Source of the DNA: the human T2T-CHM13v2.0 reference genome, Homo sapiens
DNA: 64,000 nt
Reading direction: 5' to 3' (one strand)
Assembly (NCBI RefSeq): GCF_009914755.1
Contig: NC_060930.1
Below are positions 44,762 to 62,967 of the stretch, piece after piece. A program made the translations under genes and the position numbers. Each line of letters begins with the position of its first letter. The first letter of the stretch is position 1. Below the pieces are notes generated by a model that was not told where the DNA came from, ran no database searches, and saw only the letters and a program-made list of their open reading frames with translations.

Positions 44762-46548
44762 TAGTAAAAGAAATAGAAAATTAGAACTAATGGACAACTC
44801 ATAACTCTTGAATGTCAGCATGGATGTTGTGCTTGGGCTTCACATTTGGTCATAAACATCCAGGGAGTAAAGATGAAAAGGAAGCTACTCATTTACATAG
44901 AAAGGAGGGGCTGTAGCAAATTCTGAAATATGAGACTTAAGAACTTAAGTAACTTGCTGTATTAGTTAAAATTTTACCGGAGGATATATGAATTAACATT
45001 AAAAAATCATCAAAGTGTCAAATATTCCAATATATTAATACTGTTGTAAAACATTATAGTAGACATGTGATTTGACCTCTCAACTGTGTATCCTGGGATT
45101 TATGTATTTGTCTCATCTGTGCAGTATTCAGTGAGAAGCTACTATACACTTAGCATTCTTACCAGGGCTTTGAAGAGTACAGATGCTTTAAATAGTCCCA
45201 CATTAAAATTTAAGTGTTAGACAAGAAGGCAAATGAACAGCAGGAAATGCTTAAAGGTAAAGTTAGGGGTACTTGCTATGACTACATTGATGTGGACTAG
45301 GCAGAATACTTCATTTAGTTAAGTGGGAAATAAGCATTTGGTTAAGTGGGGAATAAGTCATGGTATAGGAAGAAGTTCTGTTGAGATCTGCTGTGGGAAG
45401 GATTGAGGTGCACCTGAGCTTTTTCTTTTGAATTCAGTTCAGAGCCCAAATAATATCATAATATAGAATGTTAAGAGATCCCTTTTGATATCTTCTTCAA
45501 AGGATGCACAAATGATACTTATCTGAAGAACATGAATATTTCTATGACAGTTGAGAAACATAGATCCATCTTGGTATCCCTGATGCTTACCATACTGCTT
45601 TGCATATTATACTGGTTCTATAAGTGTTTATTGAATGAACTACTTAAAAGAGAAAATGGGAGAGAGGTGTTCTCAATTTGTAAGGATAAATATTAAGTAT
45701 AAAATAGAAACCTTTAAACCTGTAAAGAAAGGATTTAGTGATGAGAGTTGTTTATTTTTCTGATGTAATTATGGTGACAACTTGTTAGTATTGTTTTCAC
45801 TGGAATCTTATTAATCTTAGGAAGGAAGTTTTTGTACTTACAAAATAATTCCATATATGAATCTTTTGTTACTAACCTGGTAAAGAAACACAGATTTTGA
45901 ATAGCTAGATGGTAGTAGCGGATGAAACATTGCTTCTTAATTATCAGAGTTCTCTGATTGCCTTGTTTATTGCCTATCGGCCTGCTGGACTGTTATTTAT
46001 TGGATATTTCTGACACAGCTAAAATTACTTTGCCTTTCTTTATGATATATATAAATTTTATAGCCTTTATGCCTTTGTTCTTTTATTTCTGTTTCTTTTA
46101 CCTCAGGAACTTATTTTCCCATATATTTATTTCCGCTTAATACTTGTGTTGCATAACTTGTCTAAAAGTCTTGAAGAGACTGAAGAAGTATTTTTCAAGT
46201 AATTAAAGAAATGGAAATTAAAAGCAACTTGTTATTTGTAGAATATGTAAAAAAATGTTTCTGAAGTGCTTTCTACATATGAGGTATAGACTAGAAGTGG
46301 TTTAAGGCAGGATTTTTGATGTAAGTGACTTATATACTCTTCTACTTGACATGAACAAATAAACAGATAATTCGTATAGCATTAAAAAAATCACTCACTA
46401 TCCAAGAGCTATGTCAGTTCAGAGAAGGATGGACTAGCTATAATTTGTTAAACACTAAAAGCAACACTAATTAATCTTTAAAACAAAGATAGATGTTTTA
46501 TTTACTTATTCAGTCACCTTTTACTTGTTAAAGTAAGAAAAGGAATTA

Positions 46549-49174
<2,626 letters not shown>

Positions 49175-49624
49175 CATGCTTTTCTCTTCTTTTGGCAAGT
49201 ATGTGTGCAGCCATCTAGATCCTTGCTAATCAATTAGAGCACAAAGATTAAAATCATTTAACAGGAATATATCCTAATTGCAAATATGTGAATACTTATA
49301 GCCAGAAAGTTTCTTTAACGCAGCTCTGAGGAAAATTGTATTGTAAAATAAATGCTTTAAAAAATGCCTCAACAAACAAGAGAGAATAGGAGGTACTTAT
49401 AAATAAGAAGGCTTAAAAATGGCCATGTAAAAATGCTATGACAGTAAGAGTAAATGGAGAAAATAAGCAGAGGACCACAAAATGTAGGGGAGATTTTAGG
49501 GAGGAAACGCAAATAGAACAAAGTTTATTTTGGTCAAAAGGAGGTTTTAAAAAAAGAATCCTAGAGCCGAATTAAAAAGATATAGGATGAATAAAGATTA
49601 AGCTTAGAAGTAGTGATGGGATAA

Positions 49625-49962
<338 letters not shown>

Positions 49963-51173
49963 TGTTTCCTATATTTTTATATTCTTATTAATTCATTAAA
50001 TATTTCGTGATCGCCTCCTCAGTCCACAGTCTGTATAGAGGGACTTAGGAAATAGTTTTCATGTTTTACTTTTGTCATGCCAGTCAGAAACTAGATTAAT
50101 TATTTGCTTGCCAAACCTGATTATCTTTTGTATTGCTACTCACATTTCATTGTGTAAAAGGGGTGAGGCTGATGGACAAATTGTAGGTCTCCTTTCTTCT
50201 AGGAATGTACTTTAGAATACTGAGATTTAATTATTTTGGGGTACATTTTCCATAGTGCTTTCTGTATTTACTTTTACTTTATTGAGTTGTTCAGAGAATT
50301 AAGTATTTAATGTGAATTTTATATGCATGTGTGATTGTAGTGGTGATGGTACAAGGGGAACTTTGGTGTAGAAGAATTTGTTAGGATGCTCTTGCAATAT
50401 TCATGTAAGAAGTTATGAAGACCCAGACTGGAATGGTGACAGTGAGGATAGGAGGGAGGGATGAGTGTGAGAGATGTGCCCTAGGATCTTGGTGGCCATT
50501 GATGGGGAATGACTGGTTCTGCAGAATGGGGTGGTTAGACTTTGGGGAGTTGCCATCCATATCCTAGAATTCAAAGGGTATGTTGAACTTAGGCTTATTC
50601 TAGGTTGGTTTTGGTGTCCAATAGGGTTCACTTTGGTGTATGGGATACAGTGACAAAAGTTTCTTGTTATTTCCAATTTATAAAGCCTGTAATGGCATTG
50701 AGGAGGTTTTTGGTGGTCTGTACTGTGTGGAGGAGGAACCAGCTATGACAAAGGGTGGGAGTATTTACTGGTCTTAGGAACAAGGTGCGGTTTCCTAGGG
50801 CATAGTGGCTGGCATCATGCAGGCAGGGAATTTGGACTCCAGCCAAATACTCTGAGCTAGAGACTGGGTCCAGTTCCAGCAATTCTGTTAATATATATTT
50901 ACCAAACTCTGGTATGATTTTGTATGAATTTATTATAGGATTGGAGATGAGAGCAGGAGGGAGGGGTAGTATGTAGTAGTGGTTGCATTCATATTTAACC
51001 CTCGGTTTTTGAATAAAGTCTTACATTTGGGAATTTTTTTTTAATAAATAAAATGTCTTGCTAATGTAAGTGTTACTCCCACCAATATAGAAGACAGCAC
51101 TCAAATTCTCATTCTCTTTTGTAACCAGATCATAAGCATATGACTTATACTTCGTTGATTACACTCACCTCTC

Positions 51174-51341
51174 ACAGGACTTTGATTTGGAACTGAGGAA
51201 ACCGAACAGGACTTTGATTTGGAACTGAGGAAACAGAATCTTCATCGAGCTTTTTGTGTTTGGTGGTGGCAGTGGTGGATGTGAGCAGAGACTTTCTGCC
51301 TTTGGCAGTGGTGGATGTGAGCAGAGACTTTCTGCCTTTGG
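51174..51341. repeat. Two adjacent tandem duplications (32-bp and 36-bp periods)
   Basis: acaggactttgatttggaactgaggaaac at 51174 and 51206; tggcagtggtggatgtgagcagagactttctgcctt at 51267 and 51303. Confidence 0.95.
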
Positions 51342-52104
51342 TGGCAGCGGTGTCTTTTTGGTAGTTGCTAGATTGATTTCCCACAGTGGGAGTGGTTTTC
51401 TTTAGTACTCTGTTTACAGCTTCGTAAAAAGACTTTATCAAATTTGGGAAACTCTTATATTAAGGAGATTACCATTAAATCAAAGCAATGCCTTAAAAAC
51501 ACAATACTGGTCTGTAATTTAAGGAGGATCATATTTATATAAGAAGAATACATTAAAAAGACATTGAGTTGGATAATTTAAATGGAAGAGATTAGAATGT
51601 GCATTTTTGACATCAGTTATTCCACCTGAAGCTAGAAATATTTTTTGATCAGCAAAGTCATTACAAATAAGTTATATTGGTCTTAATGTAATTTGCATAA
51701 TTTGAGACAACTAAAATATATTAATTATTAAATGAACCAATAACTGTCACTTTAGAGCTTTTATATATATGCAAATAAATACTGCTCAACTAAAATAACT
51801 CAAGAAAAACCTTGCTAGTGTTCCCTTAAGTGTAGGATAGAGGAATACCAAATGAATGAATAAATGAATAAATAAACATGTGTACACATATATTTTATCT
51901 TGGTTAAATAGATAACTGTGAAATATTATACTTAAGAATAGCTTTGACTTTTCAAGTTTTTCTCGCTTAAAATACGTTCTGTGTCTATCTAGTTTTTATT
52001 ATGCAACATGTATTTAAATTATATTTTCATTTCTTTTCCTTTTTGAACAAATAATTAGGATTTATTTGATTTAGATTCTAAACACATTTTTTAGTGGAAT
52101 TATT

Positions 52105-52387
52105 ATTATTATTATTATTATTATTTTTGAGACGGAGTCTCGCTCTGTCGCCCAGGCTGGAGTGCAGTGGCGCAATCTCGGCTCACTGCAACCTCCACCT
52201 CCTGTGTTCAGCCTCCCAAGTAACTGGGACTACAGGCACACATCACGCCCAGCTAATTTTTGTATTTTTAGTAGAGATGGGGTTTCACCATGTTGGCCAG
52301 GATGGTCTCGATCTCTTGACCTTGTGATCTGCCCACCTTGGCCTCCTAAAGTGCTAGGATTACAGGCATGAGCCACCACACCCTGCC
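52105..52387 (-). mobile_element. AluSc-like with (TTA)n tail and small internal deletions
   Basis: Alu consensus; TSD tggaattatt at 52095 and 52390. Confidence 0.9.
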
Positions 52388-52899
52388 AATGGAATTATTT
52401 TAAATTATTCATAGTATGGTCTAATTTATAACAACATTAGATATTTGAAATGTTACTCAAAGATTAGAAATCTCCACCAAGCATAGGAAACATTTGGTCA
52501 ACATAATTTTAATGGCCTTTTTAGAGACTGTAGTAATAATCCTCAGAAGCCAGAAATGACTAATAGTCTGAGTAATGATGAGAGTCATTCTAGGAATAGA
52601 ATTAGAAGGTACTTACAGGAGGCCAGAGATCTGAGGGACAGAGGTTGGTGGAGACAACGGTAATCACACCTCTCAGATATAGTGTACCTTTTTATTAATT
52701 CATTTTTTTCTTAGTGGTCAGTTGAAGTATGGTAAAAATAGATGGAAACTCAGAATTTCAGGGTCTTTTACTCAAATATAGGCCTGTGTATGCACGGAAG
52801 AGACCCTGAACGTAGACTTCAGAAGCATTATCAATTTCTATTTTAAAAGTTAAGTATATGTGGACAGCTAATAACTCAGCATTTCTTTTCACATAAAGA

Positions 52900-53660
52900 A
52901 ATATTTTAATTCAAATATGACAATTGAAGATGGAAAGTAACTCATGTAGTGTCTACTCATATATACTTTACATATAATAATCTGCACAGATTTTAAATAC
53001 ACAAGTCTCTAATATTTGGCTAAAGTATACACTCATCATGTAAGTATTATGCCAAATGAGATAAGGAACATTCCCACCTTCCCAAATATAACCTTGTGCT
53101 TTTTGTAACCATTCATCTCAAACTCTCCGTCCCAAGCAACCACTGAGTGATTTTGAATATTATAGATTAGTTTTGCCTATTTTAGAGTTTTATCTAAGTA
53201 GACTCACATAGTATGTACTTTTTTGTGTCTGGTTTCTTTTTCTCAGCCAGATTTCTGTTTGTGTCATTATTTGTTCTGTTTTATTTCTTTTTATTTAGGA
53301 TCAGTATTCAAGTGTTCAAGAATCCCAAAGTGAGGAAAAGATTTGAACAGACATTTTACAAAGGCAGATATACTAATGCCCTTAAGTGTGTGAAAAAGGA
53401 TGATCAGTATTGCTAGTCATCGAGGAAATGCAAATTAAAGCCACAGTGAGATACAGCAGTACACCCACTTGAATGGCTAAAATTTAAAAACTGGTAAAAC
53501 CAGGTGTTGGGGACCAAGTTGTATTCTCATGCATTGCCGTTGAGGGGTGTACATAAGACTTGTTCATGATTATTCATAGCAGCTTTATTCATAATAGCCA
53601 CAAATTAGAATCACATGAAATGTTTCTCAACAGGTGATTAGATAAATACATTTTGATATA
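52900..53660. mobile_element. L1M fragments (minus 3'UTR ~52900-53300; plus ORF2 end ~53330-53660)
   Basis: atagattagttttgcctattttagag (minus); gatttgaacagacattttac...ggaaatgcaaattaaagccacagtgagatac (plus). Confidence 0.65.
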
Positions 53661-54162
53661 GTTTTGATTTTGTTCTTCTACCTGAGGTTTATCTTTGGCT
53701 AAAGTCGAAATGTGTAAAATTTTCCAAAATTTTGATAGGGAAAGATTATTGAAATAAATAGCCAGGTCTTTGTTAAGCCAAAGCTATGATAGAATCCTAT
53801 TTCATATAATTAATACATTAAAAAGCAGGAAATTTCTGCGTTGTGTTTGTGATCTAGAGTAAGCTAGTAGAATGTGATTGAAAATGTTGTCCAGCTATAT
53901 TTTCGGCTTGTGTGAAAATGGCTGCCAACTGAAATTTCTCCTCTTCTTTTTTATAACTGAATTATCTAGAAAATGGAATGAACTTCTTTATCATCCTGGC
54001 AGAAATTGGCGAAAACTATAAAGCAGTTTGTTTTAATTCATCCTGTATTTTTTCAGTCTTAGTTTTTGTGTTGCAGGTTTTCATATTTTCCAGATTTCAT
54101 AAGTATTTAATGAGATTTTGGGAACGGATTTGTTAAAAACTATTAGTCAAATTGTAATTTAA

Positions 54163-54516
<354 letters not shown>

Positions 54517-55619
54517 TAACAGCATCACATAGCAAATTTTTATCAGTGTCATTTGTATTATAGTGATAATTTTTTGGGGGGGAGATTGTTGTTTATTTAT
54601 AAATGAGATTAAACTCTATGAATATGTTAAGGATGATGAATTAAGGGACCTGTCAGGAATACTTTCTGAGATGGCAGAAAATTGGTGAGATCAGAAGTCA
54701 GAATTCTTGAATCCTTTATGTATAGTTTGTATATTGTAATGCTGCTTTTCCTTGAAATAAGAATACTGTAAATTTGAACCTTATTCTTATAAATGCAACT
54801 TGGAGGATTAACTGCAAGTTTCAAGCTGTTTCAAATTAATTTAAATTTGCATGGAAAACTCACATGGTGATTATTTCCTAAGGGGACTCTAGGAATCCTG
54901 TGGCTACATTTAGACAGGAGAGAAGCTAGGTTAAAAACTGACTTAAAAAAAAAATTGCAGTAGAATTATGGCAGGCTTAATTTTAAACATTTAGAATTGA
55001 CATTTTTTAATTTAAATACCCAAGGTTTATTTTTACCCTGGAAAGTGTTTTTTTTTTTTTGGTTTTTTAAATTTATACATACAAGAAATGTGTTAAACCT
55101 GTCATTGTCTTATTGCGGCAGTGTAATCATTTTTGAGGTAACTCTGCAGTAAATTGATTATGAATCAATATCAAGTTGTAAAGTTGTTTGCTTTTCCCCT
55201 CACCATCTTACATCCTTGTTTCCAAAAGTAAATCAAGGGAGATTAAAACTAACAAACAGACATTAGTGTGAAATTGCTGTTAAGATCCAAGACTATATAT
55301 TCAACGTAGATTATTCAAATCCTCATGTAAATATACTTGAAGAAAGAAGTAATAAAACTATTGATAATCTTTGCCTAAAACCCTGTTTCACAAATATTTT
55401 TCAGTAGGGCTCCCTATTCAAGTTTTCTCAAACCATTGACAGCATACCTACAAGTACTGTGGTGTGGGACATGAGTGTTTGGGTTAGGGGACAACCTGAT
55501 AATATAATTGTTTCTTTTGATGGGGAGTTATGAAGGGAGGGCATTGTGCTTGTTGCATAACCTCTAAATATGGTTCTCTAGGCTTCCCTAGAGATTCTAT
55601 GAGCTATAAAGAGATATTT

Positions 55620-56002
55620 AAAAACTTTTTATTTGGAAATGATTTTAGACTCACATTTACAAAAATAGTAGAGAGTTTCATTTGTACCTCCCATTCAGCT
55701 TTCCTTAATAATATCTTATATAACCATGGTATTAGTGTTAACTAAACTACAGACCTTATTCATATTTCACCAGTTTTAACATGCATTATTTGTATGTGTG
55801 TATGTATTCTATGAACCTTTACCACATGTATGGATACTTGTAATCACCACCACAATCAGGGTATAGAACTTTCTCATCATCCAAGAGAAACTTTTTCATG
55901 CTACTCCTTTATACCATCTCTGCAACCTTGGCAACCATAATCTGTTCTTCATCACTATAATTTTGCCATATTGAGAATGTTATATAAATGGAATCATACT
56001 GT
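55620..56002 (-). mobile_element. L1MC-like 3' end
   Basis: attttagactcacatttacaaaaatagtagagagtttc...atcttatataaccatgg. Confidence 0.6.
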
Positions 56003-56418
56003 TGTTAAAGAAAAAACTTATTTAAACTCTTGTTAAAGACAGTAAGACCAGACTTAATTCACTACTCCATTGAGGTTTTGCCCTACGGGAGGGAGATTGG
56101 GCTCAACTCAGAATATAACAAGGACAAGTGGATATTTATAGCCAAGGAGCAGGGTGGGAGTCAGTGGATGGAAAATTACTAAGATAAAACATCAAGGCTG
56201 GAGGGACTCTTGCTAGACCAACTCAACAGGATTCTTGCTGAAGACAGGCCAGGGTGATAAATTATTGAGAATGGAGGATTTCCAGTAAACTGACTTATTA
56301 GCAGGATTCTTGCTGACATTGGACTAAGTGGACCAAGGACAGAACCCAAGGTCAAGGCCCAGTCAGAAAGAGGACCCAGAGGAGCCTGACTCAAGTTTGA
56401 TAAAGGAGTCTTTATCAG
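56003..56418 (-). mobile_element. ERV1 solo LTR (MER31-like)
   Basis: TG...CA ends; the minus strand starts tgataaagactcctttatcaaacttgagtcaggctcctctg; caggattcttgctga occurs twice. Confidence 0.7.
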
Positions 56419-56419
56419 T

Positions 56420-56734
56420 CTTATGGGCTGAATTGTGACCCTCCAACATTTATATGTTGAAGCCCTAACTTCCTGTACTTCAGAATGTGACCACATTTGG
56501 AGATAGGGCCTTTAAAGAGACAATTAAGTTAAAACGAGGCTTTTAGGGTGGGCCCTAATACAATCTGATTGGCCCTAATACAGTCTGATTGTTGTCCCAT
56601 AAAGGAAATTGGGAGACAGAGACAGGAGGGCTGTGAGAACAGAGGAAAGACCCTGTGAGGTTGTAGTGAGAAGGCAGCTGTCTTATTCTGGTTGGGCTGC
56701 TATAACAAAAATTTCATAAACTTGAGTGGCTTAA
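56420..56734. mobile_element. MLT1B-like LTR: 5' part (+) joined to an inverted 3' end (-)
   Basis: tatgggctgaattgtg...cagaatgtgaccacatttggagatagggcc (+), then tgtcttattctggttgggctgctataacaaaa (-) from ~56679. Confidence 0.7.
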
Positions 56735-57257
56735 TCCTGGCCATTTTAATAGGCATATCTAATAATGTTGGTATCTCATCACGGCTTTAATTTGCAATTC
56801 CCCAATGGCTAGTGCTGTTGAACATCTTTTCATTTGCTTATTTTCCAATCCCTATATTCTCACTAGTTGAGTAATTGTCTCTTATTTTAGTTCAGATGTA
56901 GAACATTGCCAGCCTGGAGTCAAGTCTAGGAAGTTGAAATTGGGGATGGGGGATAAAGGGCATTTGGTATTAGCAGAGAGGTGGGATACTTTAGGGACTG
57001 TGAATTGTTAGTTCAGTCACAATCAAATAGCCCTTTGAATTTAGTTCTGAAATTGGGGTCTGTCCTTGGGGTTATGCGTTTTGTGCCATGTTAAGAAAAA
57101 TCAGTGCTTGAGTGAGATATGTATTTTGCTAGAGACTGTTAAAATATATGAATGTTATTCTGAAGGGAATAGGTGAACTAATTGCTACCCCTTTACATAC
57201 TTGCTCATAGCATTAAGTAGCTAGTAAAAAACCAGAATCCAGAAGACATTGGATTAA

Positions 57258-57722
<465 letters not shown>

Positions 57723-57973
57723 TAAATCTCTTAATATAAGTTTTGTAGATTCTTTGGATAATTTTTAAGTGTATCCTCTGTTGACTTCAGGCATTTACTT
57801 CAAATAATCTTATCTTAGTTTTAATGGGACTGATTGTAGAACATCAAAACAGAAAAGCTTTTGCATGTTTTTGAAGATCTATTATCCTTTCATATCAGAT
57901 TGCTTTTTCATATAGCATTCATAACTGGATTTTAGGTTATATAATTTTAGGGAGAGTTTAAGAGTGAATGTGT

Positions 57974-57999
57974 ACACACACACACACACACACACACAC
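57974..57999. repeat. (CA)n microsatellite
   Basis: About 13 AC units. Confidence 0.95.
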
Positions 58000-58270
58000 A
58001 ATCTTTGTTGTGTCCCTTTTCATTTTTCTTTGGGTTTGACATTTCTTCTCATCTGTTTTATTGCCTCTTTTTTTTAATGTGTACAAATAGAGATTTGTAC
58101 AATTCTTAGGTTTCTGATATATGTAGCACAATGGAAAGCACACTCAGAGAAGCATTGCCATTTCTCAGGTGGTCACATAGCCTAACTATCTGTCCCCAAT
58201 TTAGATAACAACTGTGAACTACCTCAGTTCTGATTTCAGTGTCCTGACGTGCTTTTAAAGAAAATTTGGA

Positions 58271-58560
58271 GTCTGGGCACAGTGGCTCACACCTGTAATC
58301 CCAACACTTCAGGAGGCAAAGGTGGGAGGATCACTTGATCCCAGGAGTTTGAGACCAGCCTGGGCAATAAAGTGAGACCTCCATCTCTCCTACAAAAAAA
58401 TTAAACAATTAGCCAGGCCTGGAGGTGCACCCGGCTACTTGGGGGGCTGAGGTAAGAGGATTGCCTTAGCCCAGGATTCGAGGCTACAGTGAGCAATGAT
58501 AGTGTCACTGCATGCCAGCCTGGTCGACAGAGAAAGACCCTGCCTTTAAAAAAAAAAAAA
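58271..58560 (+). mobile_element. AluJ
   Basis: gggaggatcacttgatcccaggagtttgagacc...gaggctacagtgagc, poly-A tail. Confidence 0.9.
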
Positions 58561-59630
58561 GTGATTTGTTTTGTTTGAGCAGTTCATTTTTGAGAGATAA
58601 ACCTAGGGATTGTAAGTCATCATGCACCTAATGATACTTTCATAGAAAAGCTGTTAAATGTATGCTGATATTGTGGCTTAGGTCTAGTTTTGATAACTTC
58701 ACTTTGTTTACCTTATCTCTCTTCCTTCACTAATGAAGATAACATTGTTTCATTCTTATGAGATTCCTGTGTATGTGTGTGTATGTTTTATTTCTGTATA
58801 TATTTTGGACTTAATAAAATTGCATGGGTAGTTGTGGCTGAAAGGGAGTGAGACTGAAGCACTCTTCTTAGATCACTGCAGCATTTGGGTCTAACGTAGG
58901 TATTTTAGGATATTAAAAACATTAATTTTCTTCCTCAATATGAATGTATTCTAAGCCAAGTAATATGTTATCACCAATTTAGCCTTTTTGCAAATAAGAT
59001 GAATGAAATACTGGCATTTGAGGTTTCTTTTTGTTTGTGACAGAGGAGGAAGTAAGATTATAAATTTGCCAACAATTGGACTAAATGAAGTTGGAAGTAA
59101 AGTGAGAAAACCTTCCATTTTTTGGGGGAGGTGGGTAAGTTATATAATTGCTTTCATGAAAGGAATTTGTTTAGATTCTACTGAAAATGGCAAAGGAGGA
59201 AATTTCAAAACTTAGGATATGTATGTGGAAATACTAAGAATTGTATTCATATTTTTCTGCGGAGTCAGAAGACTGAAGGGCATTGAATGAGAAATATGTG
59301 ATTTTCAACTATTTTAGAGTCACAAACCTTATAAGCAATAATGAATTGGACTCCCATTGGTAGTCCTGAACACTGGGGAGTGTTCATGAGTGTTGTTATG
59401 ATAAACAGATTTATTTTCCCGAAAATGGACATTTTCTCTATAGATTATTTTCTTTTATTTAATTAAATTGCATATGCCCCGGGAGTCTCATGGGTATGTA
59501 CACACTTAATAAATATTATTTTTTGGTTTGGTTTTGAAATTGGAACAAAGTGCTTGCTACTTAAGATTCTCTCTTTCTTGTCACTGCAGTGTTAATAGAA
59601 CATAATTACACACCTTATATAAAAACTTGG

Positions 59631-60033
59631 TGTATTAGTCCATTCTTGCATTGCTATAAGGAAATACTCGAGACTGGGTAATTTATAAAGAAAAGAGGTT
59701 TAATTGGCTCATGGTTCCACAGGCTGTACAGGAAGCGTGGCAACATCTGCTTCTGGAGAGGCATCAGGGAGCTTTTACTCATGGCAGAAGGCAAAACAGG
59801 AGTAGGTGTCTTACATGGCAGGAGCAGGAGCAAGGAGAGCGGCAGGCACTGGACAACTAGATCTCAAGAAAACTCAGTCACTGTTACAAGAGCAGCGCCA
59901 AGGGCATTGTGGTAAACCATTCATGAGAAATCCACTCGCATGACCCAGTGACCTCTCACCAGGTCTCACCTCCAACAATGGGGACTACAGTTTGGCATGA
60001 GAGTTGATAGGGACGCAGATCCAAATCATATCC
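59631..60033 (-). mobile_element. MST (MSTA/B) solo LTR
   Basis: tgtattagtccattcttgcattgctataagg...ccaaatcatatc; near-TSD cttgg/ctagg. Confidence 0.88.
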
Positions 60034-60344
60034 CTAGGTATTCTATTTTGCTTAGAGACTATCATTATTTCTCCCTACCTTTATTCACTCATTCTTTGTC
60101 ATCTTCCATTACTCTGTTTTCACCTGGTGGGCTCTCTATGTGCTCCTGCTCAAACTTTCTCTCCTACTTTTTACTTAGCACAGAGCTGAGGTGACAGAGG
60201 TAAAATCATAGAGTGACACAGGAACAAAAAGTTTTTTTGAGGAGGGAGTAAGACCTAGATTTCATTTTCAGTATAGAATTTTACGAGATAAAGTGATTGA
60301 GAGATTATCTGTACATTAACAACTAACAAAGATCCTTGGGAAGG

Positions 60345-60345
<1 letters not shown>

Positions 60346-60382
<37 letters not shown>

Positions 60383-60651
60383 CAGGGCCTTACTCTGTCA
60401 TTCAGGCTGGAGTGCAAAGGTGCGATCTTGGCTCACTGCATCCTTGAACTCCTGGGCTCAAGCGTTCCTCCTACCTAGCCTCTCGAGTAGCTAGGACGAA
60501 AGGCAGGTAGCACCATGCCTGGCTAATTTTTGTATATTTGGTAGGGATGGGGTTTCACCATGTTGCCCAGGCTAGTTTTGAACTCAAGTGATCTGCCTGC
60601 CTTAGCTTCCCCAAATGCTGGAATTACAGGCATGAGCCACTCTGCCTGGAC
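60346..60651 (-). mobile_element. AluJ
   Basis: Long poly-T followed by J-type arms. Confidence 0.9.
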
Positions 60652-61452
60652 AGGAAAGATTTTAAAGTACATTCTTTCCCTGAATCCTACTCCATAGTTA
60701 CATGGTTATTGGTCACTGAAAGAGGAAGTTAAATTTTTCCCAACAACATTTTAAAATTATGGTTTAAAAAATCAGTTTTCAACTTTGAAACATTTTCTGT
60801 GTAGTCTTTTGTTTAAAAGAATCAACTAAAAATCCATTAGATATTTTTCTCAAATATATAATTTGTTCTTTTAGATTTTTTTTAAAACCTCATGAATGTA
60901 AAATTCACTTTTTAATATTGTATCTGTGATGAGTTTTCTCTGCAACAATGTTCAGCTTTACAAATTCTGCTACTTTAAAACAAAACATACTTCAAGGAGT
61001 TGTTACTGTTTGTGGCTGGGTTTACATACTCTTGAATCTGAGGGACTGTTATGAAAGGAAATGAAAAGATGGAAAATTGTTGCTAAAAATAATATATAGG
61101 AAGCGCTTTACTGGCTCTTACATCTTCGATAAAGAGGTGATGACTTCTGAAATGGCCAGCTTTGATGAATGTGATTATACTTTAAAATTAAGGTATTTTA
61201 GAAATCATCTCAAATCTGAATATTGGTACATAAGAAGTTATATTACCTAAGCATTAAGGGAAATGGAATACATTTAAACACTCTTGGAAAGACTTAGTTT
61301 AAAAAGATCAATTTCTGAAACTTGGAGAATTTTATGGAGTCTGTTTAAAGACAATGTTCATTTACGTGGGCAGAAAACCATACTATCTCCAGGGGGAGGG
61401 TGTTCCCTGTTTCTCTAGGTTTATTCCCCAAGTTTATGAATTGTGCATCTAG

Positions 61453-61712
<260 letters not shown>

Positions 61713-62088
61713 CTAGTGTTTGAGCTTTTTAAGGAAATGTTGCATCTTAGGATAGAAATCATTTAGTCACTATTGGGTTTTTGAGGAGTTCAGCAGTCAT
61801 AACTTGGATTTATTACATTGTTTAGATGAAACTCTTTATTATTTAAAAACATTTTTAGTCATGGTCACTTTGGCTTTGGGTTTGTGGTTGAAGACTTTAG
61901 ATATTTTGTCTTTTTAGTGGAATTGGCAGTATTGTATAGGAAAACTTAAATATGCATTTTACCTTTTTTATTTAATTGAATCTAACCTTGGAAAACCTTT
62001 CTGTTTCTGAGAGTTCTCTGTATTCTGGCCAGTAGTTTGAATTATTTTACTACCTTTGCTCTGTGTTGAGAGGGTTGGACTGTCATGA

Positions 62089-62410
<322 letters not shown>

Positions 62411-62967
62411 GAGGTGTTCTTTTTTAATGTTAAACTTAGGTAAAATATGTTATTTCAGATTATGTAAAATATGTTTAAAGCACATGCCCAAATTTTAATT
62501 TTCATGCATCAAAAACACTGAAATTGACATCCTGAATTTTTTGAAGCATTTCAATAAGGCTAATAATTAGATTATTAATTCAAAATTCAGGCTTACTTCC
62601 TGAATTAATTTAAAGTGTAAGACTTTGGAGTGGTTACTGCTCATTTAAAAATATTTTAAATTACATGTATATGCATATAAATAAATATTTGTTTGCGTTT
62701 TTCTGTTGACTAGAGTAATATATGTTCTTTTTGGAAATTTCAGAAGATACAGAAAAGTACCAATAAGAAAATTAAAACTATTGAGAATCCCATCATGTAG
62801 AAGTAACCACCATTTACATTCTGGCAAATAAGCTGTTCATTACCTTTTCTAGCTCAAATTGTATTATATTTTATTTTTAGGAGGACCTTTTATTTTTTTC
62901 TTTTCCTTTTTTCCCCCAGACACCAGTGTTACTTGCCAACAGGAAGACATTTTAAATCCACATTTTC

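Noticed and set aside
51174-51341. CRISPR-like 29-36-bp direct repeats
   Set aside because: Only two abutting copies each, no spacers, no cas genes, primate context. The overlapping 89-aa ORF merely translates the duplication.
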